A stretch of 63,394 nucleotides of DNA, the filler included, from Octopus bimaculoides (taxonomy: Eukaryota), in NCBI RefSeq assembly GCF_001194135.2. It is 4 parts of 3 records of this genome, joined end to end, with 100 filler letters (N's around TTAATTAATTAA, not from the genome) between each part and the next. Parts side by side here need not be neighbours in the genome. Positions count along the whole stretch, not along the records: positions 54,353 to 63,394 come from NC_069001.1; 3 more parts are not named here. One strand, given 5' to 3'. The notes beneath the pieces were generated by a model. That model had not been told where the DNA came from and did not search any database. It worked only from the letters and a program-made list of their open reading frames with translations. The translations under genes and the position numbers were made by a program. Numbering within the stretch: position 1 is the stretch's first letter; each line of letters begins with the position of its first letter. Below are positions 63,155-63,394 of this stretch, piece by piece.

Positions 63155-63310
63155 CTGAAGTAGCCGACCAGCTGGTTGAAAAAGCCTGTCTAGCCTTCAC
63201 AATAATTAGATCATTTCTAATTTTGTAACCAGTGAATGTGTTTTCACTGAAAATATATATATTTGTGAAGGCTAGACAGGCTTTTTCAACCAGCTGGTCG
63301 GCTATTTCAG
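63155..63310. repeat. 48-bp inverted repeat with a 60-bp spacer
   Basis: 63155-63202 is the reverse complement of 63263-63310 with one mismatch. Confidence 0.92.
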
Positions 63311-63394
63311 CTTGTTCTTCTGTGCTACTACCACATTTAGTGAGTAATTCTGTTTGTTGTTATTGTTATTTTTTAATGTTGATGATTGTTGTTA

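Overview
Eukaryotic animal genomic DNA with many N gaps, dense microsatellites and several tRNA-derived SINE families. The repeat landscape suggests an octopus or other coleoid cephalopod (inference, not confirmed). Host genes I can support: two minus-strand coding exons of YRDC (Sua5/YrdC threonylcarbamoyl-AMP synthase; its first and last exons are not identifiable) and one intact minus-strand tRNA-Ala(AGC). The rest is decayed mobile DNA: two mariner transposases, two mariner-derived MITEs, a Tigger/pogo relic in a YRDC intron, a Helitron helicase fragment, three RTE-clade LINE fragments, two R4/Dong-like RLE retrotransposon fragments in trinucleotide repeats, a frameshifted gag/ORF1-like zinc-knuckle ORF, and dozens of SINEs. 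I found no CRISPR array, no prokaryote-style system and no clearly new multi-gene system. The most unusual signals are a ~65-bp hairpin array in a LINE 3' UTR, the ORF1-only relic inside an AAC minisatellite, a 48-bp inverted repeat with a branched loop, templated-duplication junction scars, a SINE trimer within one target-site duplication, and a CpG-depleted YRDC gene body. Everything was read by eye. Repeat boundaries are approximate (about +/-10-30 bp) unless splice or tRNA boundaries are given.
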